In this document: one piece after another, positions 16,848-25,861 of the stretch | Layout of the letters: every line of letters starts with the position of its first letter | Position numbering within the stretch: the first letter of the stretch is position 1 | Virus record (IMG/VR): IMGVR_UViG_3300012667_000474 | Location: 1 to 35,029 of that record | Reading direction: 5' to 3' (one strand) | DNA length: 35,029 bases | DNA from: a virus | Lineage: Duplodnaviria > Caudoviricetes | The notes under the pieces: model-generated | What the model saw: only the letters and a program-made list of their open reading frames with translations | Told to the model about the DNA's origin: nothing | Database searches by the model: none | Translations under genes and position numbers: made by a program

Positions 16848-17774
16848 TCAGTAGATGATGATCACGGCGCCACCGACGCCGCCAGATGCGGCAGTGTTGG
16901 ACGCTGTCTTACCGGAACCGTATGATCCGGGTGCGTATCCGACCTGCACCGAATATGCGATTGCGGCAGACCCTGCACCGGGAAGACGATGGTCGTTTTC
17001 GCAATCGCCGATGACGCCTAGCGGGGTGGACAACGCACCGGCCGTAGCCAAAGCCCCTGCCAACACTGCGGGATACATTGCGGAACGAAGTGAACCTCCT
17101 GTTCCGTCACCGTCCGCACCAGCCACAGAAGGCGTTCCCGCGCCACCACCTGTCGCAGAAAGTGTGCTAAATGAACTGCTACCACCCGCAGTGCCGTTGC
17201 CGCTACTACTGCCACCATTGCCACCTGCACCGACCGTGACAGTCATCGTGCCACTGACCGAAATCACTCCCGCCGCGATACCACCTCGCCCACCGGGTTC
17301 CCCCGCGCTACCCGATGTGTCACCACCACCGCCGCCACCGCCACCAACGACAATAACAAGCGCCGATGTGACACCCGCAGGCGTGACAAATGACGACGAC
17401 GATGCGTAGATCGACACTGTGCTGAACCCAGCCAATCCGTCAATCGCCTGAGCCACCCGCAACGGTGTCATCATCTTGGTGTTGTCGGTTCCCGCTTCCG
17501 CTTCGGCCTGAGACGCAATAGCCACAGTGCCGCCCGTCGGCGTAAACGTCCCGGCAGTCTCATCAATCGTGCCAAGGCTGATCCACGCGCTGTTAGCCTC
17601 GTTTCGCTTCTTGAGGATATTCGTCGCTGTGTCATACCAAATCATGTTGGCGAACGTGGTTGTCGGTGCCACGGCGGCGGAGTTGTTCGTCACGATGGCG
17701 GCCAGCACCGCGTTCAGATCGGCCCGGAAAGCCGTCGCGGATTGGTTGTCAATGACGTAATCATGTGTGGACAT
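16848..17774 (-). CDS. Tail fibre protein with Gly-rich C-terminal domain
   Basis: N-terminal anchor DYVIDNQS..FRADLN, ASQAEAEAGTDNTKMMTPLRV, VVGGGGGGGG and GGVGGAVII. Confidence 0.8.
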   Translation of the reverse strand: MSTHDYVIDNQSATAFRADLNAVLAAIVTNNSAAVAPTTTFANMIWYDTATNILKKRNEANSAWISLGTIDETAGTFTPTGGTVAIASQAEAEAGTDNTKMMTPLRVAQAIDGLAGFSTVSIYASSSSFVTPAGVTSALVIVVGGGGGGGGDTSGSAGEPGGRGGIAAGVISVSGTMTVTVGAGGNGGSSSGNGTAGGSSSFSTLSATGGGAGTPSVAGADGDGTGGSLRSAMYPAVLAGALATAGALSTPLGVIGDCENDHRLPGAGSAAIAYSVQVGYAPGSYGSGKTASNTAASGGVGGAVIIIY

Positions 17775-17787
17775 CAGCCACCCCCTA

Positions 17788-20355
17788 TCAGTTATACCAG
17801 ACGCGGGCAGTCAGCGCCGTGATGCTGGGTGTGACACCAGCCACTGTGGACACCAAATCTACCTTGAACTGGAAAGCCCGTCCATAGAAATCCCCACCCT
17901 TGTAGATGGTCCAATCGCTCCACACAGGGGACGCGGCCGGGTCGGTGTTGGTGGACCGGATATACGTCACCACATCCGTGTCGCTATAGTTCGACCCACC
18001 AGTGAAGTCGTCAAACAGACCCGGCAGCGCATCAAACAGACCCGGCAGTGCGTCAAACAGACCTGCCGACGGGTCATAGCGAAGCAATGTCACATCGGTT
18101 CTGGCACGGATGCGACGCGGTGCGCCGGTGTCGATATAGTTTGAGAACTGATACGTCCCGAGCAGGCCCGAGGTGATGCGCAATGCGCTGCTGACCACCG
18201 AACAGTTCGTCTTGGTCCCGGCAAATGTCGGACTGTCGGTCAGGGACAACGTGTTGGTGAATTGCTCAAAGGCCGCAGCGGTCAGGACCACCGAGGTATA
18301 GGTCGGCGACATGTTGCCCGTCTTATCAACGGCGCGGATCATATACGTTCCGGGGCGGGCCGGGATGATCACACTGGTCGCGGGCCGGGATACTTTTTCC
18401 ACCGCCGTCGTGGCGTTAGCGAAGGTCGCACCGGTTTCTTCAATGGCATAGCGCACGATGTAGTGCGACAGATCCAGATCGGCGACCGCGTTCCATTCAA
18501 GAACAATGGTGCCGCCCGAGACATAACCGTGCAGGCCCACAACATCCTGCGGCGGCGCGGCCAGACCTGCGACTTGGAAGCTGTAATAGTAGGTCCATTC
18601 ACCGCGCACACCAAATTGGTTATATGCGCGAGAGCGAACATCATAGAGGCCGTCGCCGACATCCATGATCTCGTATTTGCCGGGTGAGCCTGTGCCGACA
18701 GCTTTCCATTCCGTGTCGCCAGACGCTTTGAATTGCGTCTCGACCCGTTCAACGTATTCGCCCGATGCGGTCGTGACGTTGACCGTGATGGTGTTGGTCA
18801 GCTTCTCGTAGATGATTCGTGATTCGGTCGTCAGCGCAATGCCGATGCCGGGAACGGACCAAGGATCGGGCAGATTGGTGTTGTTGGCGGCCAGTTCCGA
18901 TTCATCGGCGGCCCAATCAAAAGCGGCCTCGCTGGTTTCCCGCAGCGACAGGTTCACACGCATCTCGCCGCCCTGCGAGTCGGTGAAGAATTTCCAACCG
19001 ACAACCTCAAATTCCTTGGCGGTCCACCCGTAGCGCGGATTGGTAAACGCAACGATGTCGCCCACCTGCACTTCAAGAGCGGCAAGCCCGAAGTCGGCAG
19101 AGAGCGTCATCTGTTCCCGGCCCCGGAATAGGGCCAGCTTGGAAATGCGCTGTGCGGTCGCCGAGGATGTGGTCATCGGCAATTCAAGGTCGATTGCGGA
19201 TTCAACCCCGTCGTCTTCCGTCACGAACGTCGCACCGGTCAGCTTCGGATAATCCACCGTGACCCAATCCTGCGCCGCGTCGTTGAACGTCCCCTGCACT
19301 GCGTTGAAGGCTTCGGACATGCTGCCGCGGGTCTGCAACGTGATCGGGCCGCGCAGGTCGTCCAGCGTGAATGTCTTGACGGGCGGAGTGTAATAGGCAG
19401 GTTTCAGCTTCCATGCGCCTTGACCCCAGAACAGCGTCCCTGCACAGGCCGTCATCATCTGTTGCAGCGCGGCACCGGGGGTCACATCCGAAACGATGAC
19501 GCCGTTCATGGTGTAGCGTTTCTCAGACCCACCTGCCGCAAGCGCAACGCCTTCGTCACACACGTTCGCGGCAACGGCCAGCATCGTATCGTCAATGCCC
19601 CCTGCGTCCCAGAGGCCACGCGCATCAACCAGATAGTCGCGGACGCATAGCGCGGCGTTGGATGACCACACAGTCGTGCCCGTGCGCGGGTCATAGACTT
19701 TCTTGCCCTTCACCACCGCCGTGACGGACGGGATGCCGTTGGTGAACACATCCTGATCGTATTCCAAGCGGACATAGAGATACGCGATGCCGCGGCCCCG
19801 GAACGATGCGGTTGCGCTGGTTTCGGCATCCAGATCGGGATCGACAACTTGCGTCTCTGACCCCAGATGCTTTTTGATGCGGACCTTGGAATTCCACGGC
19901 GCGGATGTGACAAAGCCGTTCGCGTCCAGCGTCACCACCTTGTCGTTCAGATAGATGCTGCCGATGCTGTCAACCTCATGACCCGCAAGGCAGACGACCA
20001 TGTGCAGAAACTTGTTGTTGGCACCCGTCGCTTCATAGAACGTCACTGTGCCGCCCTTGCGCACCTGCCCGTAAACGTAGTGTTGCGCCGCCGTGCCATC
20101 GAGGTTGTTGGTGAGCAACCCTTGCATACCGGACGACAGGCTTTGCTTTGGCATGAGAGCGCGCAGAGCAAGCGACGTGACGGCGCTGATCGCAATGTAA
20201 CCAACAACCGCACCCACTGTCACGTTGAACGCAATGACAGACGCTGCGGTAGCGGCAGTCCCACCCAATCCGGTGATAATAGCTGCCCCAACCGTCGCAG
20301 GGTCATGCACCACAGGGGATGTGCTGCCGAGCAACTGTCGTTTCAATGGCGTCAT
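17788..20355 (-). CDS. Tail tip / host-specificity protein (gpJ-like, with FnIII-like domains)
   Basis: YVYGQVRKGG, RGIAYLYVRL, VKGKKVYDPR, SSNAALCVRDYL; 855 aa at the tail-tip position. Confidence 0.88.
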   Translation of the reverse strand: MTPLKRQLLGSTSPVVHDPATVGAAIITGLGGTAATAASVIAFNVTVGAVVGYIAISAVTSLALRALMPKQSLSSGMQGLLTNNLDGTAAQHYVYGQVRKGGTVTFYEATGANNKFLHMVVCLAGHEVDSIGSIYLNDKVVTLDANGFVTSAPWNSKVRIKKHLGSETQVVDPDLDAETSATASFRGRGIAYLYVRLEYDQDVFTNGIPSVTAVVKGKKVYDPRTGTTVWSSNAALCVRDYLVDARGLWDAGGIDDTMLAVAANVCDEGVALAAGGSEKRYTMNGVIVSDVTPGAALQQMMTACAGTLFWGQGAWKLKPAYYTPPVKTFTLDDLRGPITLQTRGSMSEAFNAVQGTFNDAAQDWVTVDYPKLTGATFVTEDDGVESAIDLELPMTTSSATAQRISKLALFRGREQMTLSADFGLAALEVQVGDIVAFTNPRYGWTAKEFEVVGWKFFTDSQGGEMRVNLSLRETSEAAFDWAADESELAANNTNLPDPWSVPGIGIALTTESRIIYEKLTNTITVNVTTASGEYVERVETQFKASGDTEWKAVGTGSPGKYEIMDVGDGLYDVRSRAYNQFGVRGEWTYYYSFQVAGLAAPPQDVVGLHGYVSGGTIVLEWNAVADLDLSHYIVRYAIEETGATFANATTAVEKVSRPATSVIIPARPGTYMIRAVDKTGNMSPTYTSVVLTAAAFEQFTNTLSLTDSPTFAGTKTNCSVVSSALRITSGLLGTYQFSNYIDTGAPRRIRARTDVTLLRYDPSAGLFDALPGLFDALPGLFDDFTGGSNYSDTDVVTYIRSTNTDPAASPVWSDWTIYKGGDFYGRAFQFKVDLVSTVAGVTPSITALTARVWYN

Positions 20356-20756
20356 GGTTCAACCCAAGCGTTCAGGATGTCGGTTATCGGCTGGTATATC
20401 ACACCCGGCCCGGAAAGGAACGCCGCATTTGACCCGAGCGCAATGCCGAACGCGCGGCCCGTCAGCCACCCACCCGCGCTGATGCCCGTCACGAGTGCGC
20501 CACGCGGCGGGATACCCACACAGGGCTTGAGGCGGGCGCTGACAGCCGCTTCAAGTGTATCAAACCCGAACTCTGCGCGCAGGTCTTTGTCCGTCCGGGC
20601 CGCAGTGTATCGACCGAGCCAATCATCGGCCCACCCATGACCGTGCATGCGCCGCCACGCTTCGTTGGTGAACGTCAGACAGTCGTGCCGATACAGGCGG
20701 AACGGCAGGTGCGCCACCTCGCGCAGATAAGCGTTTAGGCTTGCTTGCGACCCCAT
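20352..20756 (-). CDS. Tail-associated NlpC/P60-like protein (DUF6950-like)
   Basis: PF..YRHDCLTF motif; lies between hub and tail-tip genes. Confidence 0.7.
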   Translation of the reverse strand: MGSQASLNAYLREVAHLPFRLYRHDCLTFTNEAWRRMHGHGWADDWLGRYTAARTDKDLRAEFGFDTLEAAVSARLKPCVGIPPRGALVTGISAGGWLTGRAFGIALGSNAAFLSGPGVIYQPITDILNAWVEP

Positions 20757-21286
20757 GACACCTGCCTGTCTTGAAGGTCTGCCACATAGGAAAAGAAGTT
20801 GTCGCCGGGATACCGTGCGATGTGGCTTTCGTGGTTGTATCGGCGCGGTTTGGCCCGACCCAATTCAATCAGCCTGGACTCAATGGTCAGCGAGATAATC
20901 GCAGATTCAGGAGCGTCTTCAATCGTCATGGTGTTCATCTTGCCGGAGAACATCTCAATCGCTTCCGAAGCGCTGACCTCGCCGAGCAAGATTCGGCACA
21001 ACCGCCGCTGATAAGGTTCGGTCAGCGCCAATGATACCATTTCCGATGGGATGCCGCTCATGGTGATCGTGGCCGACTTGGCCGACAAATCACCGACTTC
21101 CTCAAGGTCACTGATGCGCATGAGCGTTCCGGCCCCGAGGTATGTGTTGCCCTCAATCACTCGGTCGCCGAGGCCGGACCAGAACCGCACCGGGGCCGTG
21201 TCGAACATCATCTCCACGGCGTAATACGGCTGGATCGCCGCGCCGGTCAGTGCCGTCAAGAGGCCGACAGGGATACTGCGCGCCAT
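20735..21286 (-). CDS. Minor tail / hub protein (gpL-like position)
   Basis: RFWSGLGD..YLGAG.L..IS and RYPGDNFFSYV..LQDR...WG; TAATG overlap. Confidence 0.75.
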   Translation of the reverse strand: MARSIPVGLLTALTGAAIQPYYAVEMMFDTAPVRFWSGLGDRVIEGNTYLGAGTLMRISDLEEVGDLSAKSATITMSGIPSEMVSLALTEPYQRRLCRILLGEVSASEAIEMFSGKMNTMTIEDAPESAIISLTIESRLIELGRAKPRRYNHESHIARYPGDNFFSYVADLQDRQVSWGRKQA

Positions 21287-21858
21287 TAGAACGCCTCCAT
21301 CGCCGTGAAGCTGATGCCATACATTGACGCACTGTTGACGCTCCACGATGCGTCGTCAGCCATCAGGCGGAATCGGCCGACCGGGTTGGTCAGCACAGCG
21401 GCAACCGCAACGGCGGCCGTGCGAAGGGCGGGCCAGATTTCCAGCGTGCCGCTGCCCGAACGATCCACCAAGACACGGTGCAGGCCCGTGCCGATCTGGA
21501 TGTAATCCCCGGCCAGAAGCGTGCCGGTCATGGTGACTGCCACAGAAGCGCTACCTGCGTCACCAGAGACGGTTGCTGCGGTTGCCGTTCCCCTCGGCGT
21601 TGTGGCCATCGGGTCGCCCATGGTGAACGTGCCGTAACGGCCCCGGAGCGCCGCGAGGAACGCAATCCACGACACGGCGTCAGCGTGCTTGAGCGGGGGA
21701 AGCGTAACGTCCACTTCCCACCGCTGCCGCGCATAGCCCTGCACCTGTTGCACCCCGGTGAACGGCGATTCGGATACCGCGTTGGTGTTGACCATGCGGA
21801 ACCCGACCGATGCGATGCCGGTGTGTGCGGGCAAGGCCAGAGGATAGGTCACACTCAT
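21286..21858 (-). CDS. Distal tail protein
   Basis: Follows the tape measure gene; SESPFTG..QV, W.AFL..LRGR.GTF.MGDP and LEIWPALR. Confidence 0.75.
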   Translation of the reverse strand: MSVTYPLALPAHTGIASVGFRMVNTNAVSESPFTGVQQVQGYARQRWEVDVTLPPLKHADAVSWIAFLAALRGRYGTFTMGDPMATTPRGTATAATVSGDAGSASVAVTMTGTLLAGDYIQIGTGLHRVLVDRSGSGTLEIWPALRTAAVAVAAVLTNPVGRFRLMADDASWSVNSASMYGISFTAMEAF

Positions 21859-23786
21859 GCAAAGGCACTCCCATACGATCCGCCGCGCTTGCGTGCGTCA
21901 AGGACAGCGGCTTTCGTTGCGTCCACGATCTTCGGGATCATGCTCTGCACCTCGGCCCGCGTTACGCCGGAACCGAAGCTGATGGTCTGGTTGACGACCA
22001 CACCGCCGGAACCCTGACCCATGGTATGATCCACAACCGTTTCGTTGGGGTGCAGCAACGCCGGGAAACCACCCTTGCCGTCAACACCGCCCGAGCGCGC
22101 ACCGTAGCCGGTATAGCCGCCGCCCGCATAGCTGGTGACAGCCACAGGGGGAGCGGCAGCGGTTGGGTTGCTGATACCGAAGAAACCGAGGATCGAATTG
22201 ACCAGCTTCTGCACCACCATGATGCGGAACAGTTCCTTGATGACGGCCCCGGCCATGGACTTGAACGCATCCTTGATCGACTTGGTGCCGTCCACCATGC
22301 TCATAAACATGTCTTCCAAAGGCGAACGCACCGCGTCGTAAAGCTGCTGCGCTTGCTTCCCAGCCTCACCCAAGGCGTTCTTGAATTGCTCAATCACCCC
22401 GGCCGGGTTGCTGGTGGTCTTCATGTCCTGAACGAACTTCGCCCACATCTGGTGAAGCTGTGCGATACCGGGCGCACCCAGCGGCCCGAGTGCTTCAAAC
22501 TGCATGATCGTTTGACCATAGAGTTTCTTTACGTCTTCGAGCGATTTGGCCAGCTTTTCCAGATTTCCGCCCGCACCGTCACCGCCTGCGGCATCGCCAC
22601 CGAACCAATCGCGCACGTCGATCTGAGTATCTGTTCCAAGAATGTCCTTGATCTTCTGCAACGCCGCTGCGGCAGGCGCCCATGCTTTCGTGACGACCTC
22701 GCCAGCGGTCTTGAAACTCGCTGCGGCGTCCCGTGCGGCACCGTTTGCCGATTCAGCCCATTCAGTAGATGACTGCATGGCACTGGTGGCGCTGGACCAC
22801 AGCGAGTTTGCGACACCCGGCATAGTGCTTTCAATAGCGTTGCCCATTGAATTGAGCATACCAGACCAAGCAAAGAGGATGTCGGAAACCATGTTGTAAA
22901 AATCGGAGGCGATTGTCTGCCACACACCCGCAAGCGCAGGCGGAATTGCACCCGCACTTTCCCAAATGCCAGTCCAAACACCCTTGGCCACATCACCCAA
23001 CAGCTTCAAGACCTCGGCCCAGCTTCCGGTTTTCTCACGCAGTGTCATGAGACGTTCGATCAACCATGCTGCGGCAATGATCAGTGCCGGGATACCCAAC
23101 CGCATCAGCGCAACGCGCAGCACGTTCATCGCACCCGTGAGAACCGACGTAGCCAGCGTCATTGCTGCCGCGCCTGCGCCAGCCAACTGGAACGACAACA
23201 CTGTGGCCAACATGACGCCTCGCAACGCGGTCATCGCGGCCGATCCGGCAATGATCGACAACAGCCAAGGACCGCCGAAGTAAATGGCGAAACCGCCCGC
23301 TGCGATGAGAAGCGTATCAAGGTTGTTGATGATCAGGTTGATCGTGTCAATGAACGCTTCCTTGACCCACGATAGGACGGAGACAAGCGTCTTGAAGTCT
23401 TCCTCTAGCACGCCGAGGATTGGGGTCAGTTGGCTCATGGCCATACCGGATTTCATCATCACCAGCGCCATCGTGCCGAAGATAGCCACAAAGGCTGCGG
23501 CTGCGGCACCCCCGGCGCCGAAGAACTGCAACATCTGCGGAGCCTGCTGCACGAACGCAAGCATTGCACCCTGACCGCTACCAACCTGAATCGCAAAGTC
23601 GCTGATCTGCATCCCGAACTGTTGGATGGTGCGGCGGTTGGCGTCCATGGATTTCATCCAAGATGCGTTTCCGGCACGGGTCTGTTCAGTTTGTTTTTGA
23701 ACGGCGCGCAACCCGCTCTGGAACGACTGCATGGCCGGAGCGGCCTTGTTCGTCGCCGTGAACTGAAAGTTGACACCCTTCATCAT
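21855..23786 (-). CDS. Tail tape measure protein
   Basis: Long Ala-rich helical ORF after the chaperones; [16 protein letters not shown] and C-terminal [27 protein letters not shown]. Confidence 0.92.
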   Translation of the reverse strand: MMKGVNFQFTATNKAAPAMQSFQSGLRAVQKQTEQTRAGNASWMKSMDANRRTIQQFGMQISDFAIQVGSGQGAMLAFVQQAPQMLQFFGAGGAAAAAFVAIFGTMALVMMKSGMAMSQLTPILGVLEEDFKTLVSVLSWVKEAFIDTINLIINNLDTLLIAAGGFAIYFGGPWLLSIIAGSAAMTALRGVMLATVLSFQLAGAGAAAMTLATSVLTGAMNVLRVALMRLGIPALIIAAAWLIERLMTLREKTGSWAEVLKLLGDVAKGVWTGIWESAGAIPPALAGVWQTIASDFYNMVSDILFAWSGMLNSMGNAIESTMPGVANSLWSSATSAMQSSTEWAESANGAARDAAASFKTAGEVVTKAWAPAAAALQKIKDILGTDTQIDVRDWFGGDAAGGDGAGGNLEKLAKSLEDVKKLYGQTIMQFEALGPLGAPGIAQLHQMWAKFVQDMKTTSNPAGVIEQFKNALGEAGKQAQQLYDAVRSPLEDMFMSMVDGTKSIKDAFKSMAGAVIKELFRIMVVQKLVNSILGFFGISNPTAAAPPVAVTSYAGGGYTGYGARSGGVDGKGGFPALLHPNETVVDHTMGQGSGGVVVNQTISFGSGVTRAEVQSMIPKIVDATKAAVLDARKRGGSYGSAFA

Positions 23787-23941
23787 GATTTGGTCCTCGT
23801 CATTTCATCAACCACCGACAGATATGCCAATTGGTCACGGATCTTTTCTAAGGGCCAATTCTCCACCTCGCAAGGATCAAGGTGGAGACGGTGCGCCAAC
23901 CCGAAACAGACAAATCTGTCCGGGTCGTCCCTTACTTTTTT
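23783..23941 (-). CDS. Tail assembly chaperone extension (gpT-like), reached by -1 frameshift
   Basis: The -1 frame after the A8-G slippery run encodes [50 protein letters not shown] and ends in an ATGA overlap with the tape measure gene. Confidence 0.8.
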   Translation of the reverse strand, partial: KKVRDDPDRFVCFGLAHRLHLDPCEVENWPLEKIRDQLAYLSVVDEMTRTKS

Positions 23942-24291
23942 TTACGTTCGTCAAACGCCGCTTCGTCATCCGGGTCAAACTGACCACCGAACAGACCACC
24001 GAAAATCTCGCCGATCTTGGTGGCCGATACACGCAGGAGGAACGGCTTGTCGGTCAGGTCAAACGCCGGTTCGCCCGCGTCGTCACGCGCCTTCAAGATG
24101 ATCAAGTCAACCATACCAGCAAGGGAAGGATTAACCTGAAAGTCAGGATGCTGGCGGCGAATGGTCGTCATGTCCTTGGTAGACAACGGCGCGGCGGCAA
24201 GGGTGATCTGTTGACCACCCAATTCACCGGTCCACGTCGCATCGGCGTAGGACGAAATTTCCTTGCGGAGATTGTCAGAAAAACGACCCAT
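23932..24291 (-). CDS. Tail assembly chaperone (gpG-like)
   Basis: Between tail tube and tape measure genes; ends AAA AAA AAG TAA. Confidence 0.8.
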   Translation of the reverse strand: MGRFSDNLRKEISSYADATWTGELGGQQITLAAAPLSTKDMTTIRRQHPDFQVNPSLAGMVDLIILKARDDAGEPAFDLTDKPFLLRVSATKIGEIFGGLFGGQFDPDDEAAFDERKKK

Positions 24292-24292
24292 G

Positions 24293-24682
24293 TTATACCA
24301 CCGTCGATTCGGTCAGCGCACCGTTGCCGGTGAACGCAACAGTCTGGTTGACCATGCCGTCAAACGACTGCGACTTGGAGACGCTGGTGATCAGCGCTTG
24401 ACCGGTGTCGAATTTGAGGCCCGTGGTGCTGCCCTCGTAATAGAGCGACAGCGTGACCAACTCGCCAACGTCAACGCCCTGCTGGCCGGTGTCAGTGGGG
24501 TCATAGAACATTTCCATGGTGCCAGACCACGACTTCTGCGTCGAATCCGTCTTGGTCCAGTCGGTGCCAAGAACCGACGTGTCCACTTCGTTTGCGGTGA
24601 CTTCCAATTCGAAAGACTTCACTTCACCAACGACGGTCGTGCCGACTTTGACGATGCCTTCCTTACCCTTGCGCGTAGCCAT
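24293..24682 (-). CDS. Major tail tube protein
   Basis: G.EG.VKVG..VGEVKSFEL, KSWSGT...FYD and FTGNGAL. Confidence 0.85.
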   Translation of the reverse strand: MATRKGKEGIVKVGTTVVGEVKSFELEVTANEVDTSVLGTDWTKTDSTQKSWSGTMEMFYDPTDTGQQGVDVGELVTLSLYYEGSTTGLKFDTGQALITSVSKSQSFDGMVNQTVAFTGNGALTESTVV

Positions 24683-24683
24683 A

Positions 24684-25130
24684 TCAAGACCTCATGGTTT
24701 CAGGATCATTCTTGGCGATACGATACTCTATGTCGTATCGCAACACAATCATACCGATGGGAACCTCTCCGTCGGCGTCGTCGGCCCAAGACACGGCCTT
24801 CAATTCGGGGTCTTCCTCCAAGAGAGACGACCAATCAACGGCTTCAATCGCTGCCGTGACGTTCACCTCATCTTGATCCAGAAGATCATCAATGTCGTCC
24901 CCTGTGGCCATCCGCTGCACCCGGATGAACAGGCTGCCCGTGTGGGTCCGCAGATCGCCCATGGTCTGCGCCGTGATGTCCACAGAGGCAAAGCGCATAT
25001 CGACCATTGGCCGATCAACCATGTTCAGCTTGTATTTGCGCGATGCGAACACGTCGTAATCAGCGCCAAGAGCCGCCACCAGCGCGGCCTTGAAAGCGTC
25101 CCGGATCTGAGTGCGGAGGTGCGCCATCAC
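24684..25130 (-). CDS. Tail terminator / completion protein
   Basis: AHLRTQIRDA N-terminus, acidic, located upstream of the tail tube gene. Confidence 0.7.
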   Translation of the reverse strand: MMAHLRTQIRDAFKAALVAALGADYDVFASRKYKLNMVDRPMVDMRFASVDITAQTMGDLRTHTGSLFIRVQRMATGDDIDDLLDQDEVNVTAAIEAVDWSSLLEEDPELKAVSWADDADGEVPIGMIVLRYDIEYRIAKNDPETMRS

Positions 25131-25426
25131 ACTTTCTCCATATGAACGTCGATCATGCCTGTGCCGTCATCCATCCAGAACCGGACCAGATACGTCACGT
25201 CATCAATCACGATTTCATCGCCTTCGACCAGCCCCGCGACATCTTCGCTCCGGCCCGTGAAGACGCACTGCGGCACGATGCGGACAGTGCCATCAGCCAT
25301 CTGCGCTTCAACGTCTTCAACGTCAAACACGCCGAGGATGAGGGCGCCCTTGTAGAGCGCCATGGACGCCAGTTCCTCAGTCTTGAGGATCTTGACCAGA
25401 TCGGTCGTCAGAAAGTTCCCCGGCAT
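25127..25426 (-). CDS. Head-tail joining (head closure, gpFII-like) protein
   Basis: GD.IVID.VTY.V....DDGTGM..V.MEK; GAGGAAG SD before ATG 25426. Confidence 0.75.
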   Translation of the reverse strand: MPGNFLTTDLVKILKTEELASMALYKGALILGVFDVEDVEAQMADGTVRIVPQCVFTGRSEDVAGLVEGDEIVIDDVTYLVRFWMDDGTGMIDVHMEKV

Positions 25427-25568
25427 CTTCCTCATCCCATTCTTCAAGATGGCCCGACGCGACAAGACCCTGCCAGACATGGTTCTCGTGGAACGTCGTC
25501 TTTGGCAGGATCGTGCCAATTGCAATCGGGTCATCCCGATAGATAAACCCCAAGATGACCCGCAGCAT
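25377..25568 (-). CDS. Small head-associated protein, probable paralog of the upstream gene
   Basis: AAGGA upstream of ATG 25568; pattern similarity to 25574..25777. Confidence 0.6.
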   Translation of the reverse strand: MLRVILGFIYRDDPIAIGTILPKTTFHENHVWQGLVASGHLEEWDEEDAGELSDDRSGQDPQD

Positions 25569-25573
25569 CCCGG

Positions 25574-25777
25574 TTATTCCTTGCCACCGGGCATGGCAGC
25601 TTTGGTCTTGCCGCCGCTGATCGCTTCGTCGGTTTCCGCCAGCTTGGGCGGGGACATCTTGCACAGATCATCCCAATCGGCGCGCGATTCAAACGCGGAC
25701 TTGGAGATGACCGACCCGGCCGCGACATGTTTGCCGCCGATACGGATCGAGCGCAGCACTTTGAGGTTGTTTGCCAT
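25574..25777 (-). CDS. Small protein after capsid (gpFI-like position)
   Basis: AGGTG SD; first gene after the capsid. Confidence 0.7.
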   Translation of the reverse strand: MANNLKVLRSIRIGGKHVAAGSVISKSAFESRADWDDLCKMSPPKLAETDEAISGGKTKAAMPGGKE

Positions 25778-25801
25778 TGTTCACCTATCAGGTTTGAGAG
25801 T

Positions 25802-25855
25802 GAGACGGGCCGCAAAGCCCGTCTCGGGGATGGTGCGGGGCCGAAACCCCGCGCC
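25802..25855 (-). terminator. Tandem stem-loops downstream of the major capsid gene
   Basis: GCGGGGT-TTCG-GCCCCGC (UUCG loop) followed by GAGACGGGCT-TTGC-GGCCCGTCTC; no U-tract. Confidence 0.55.
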
Positions 25856-25861
25856 GTTGGA

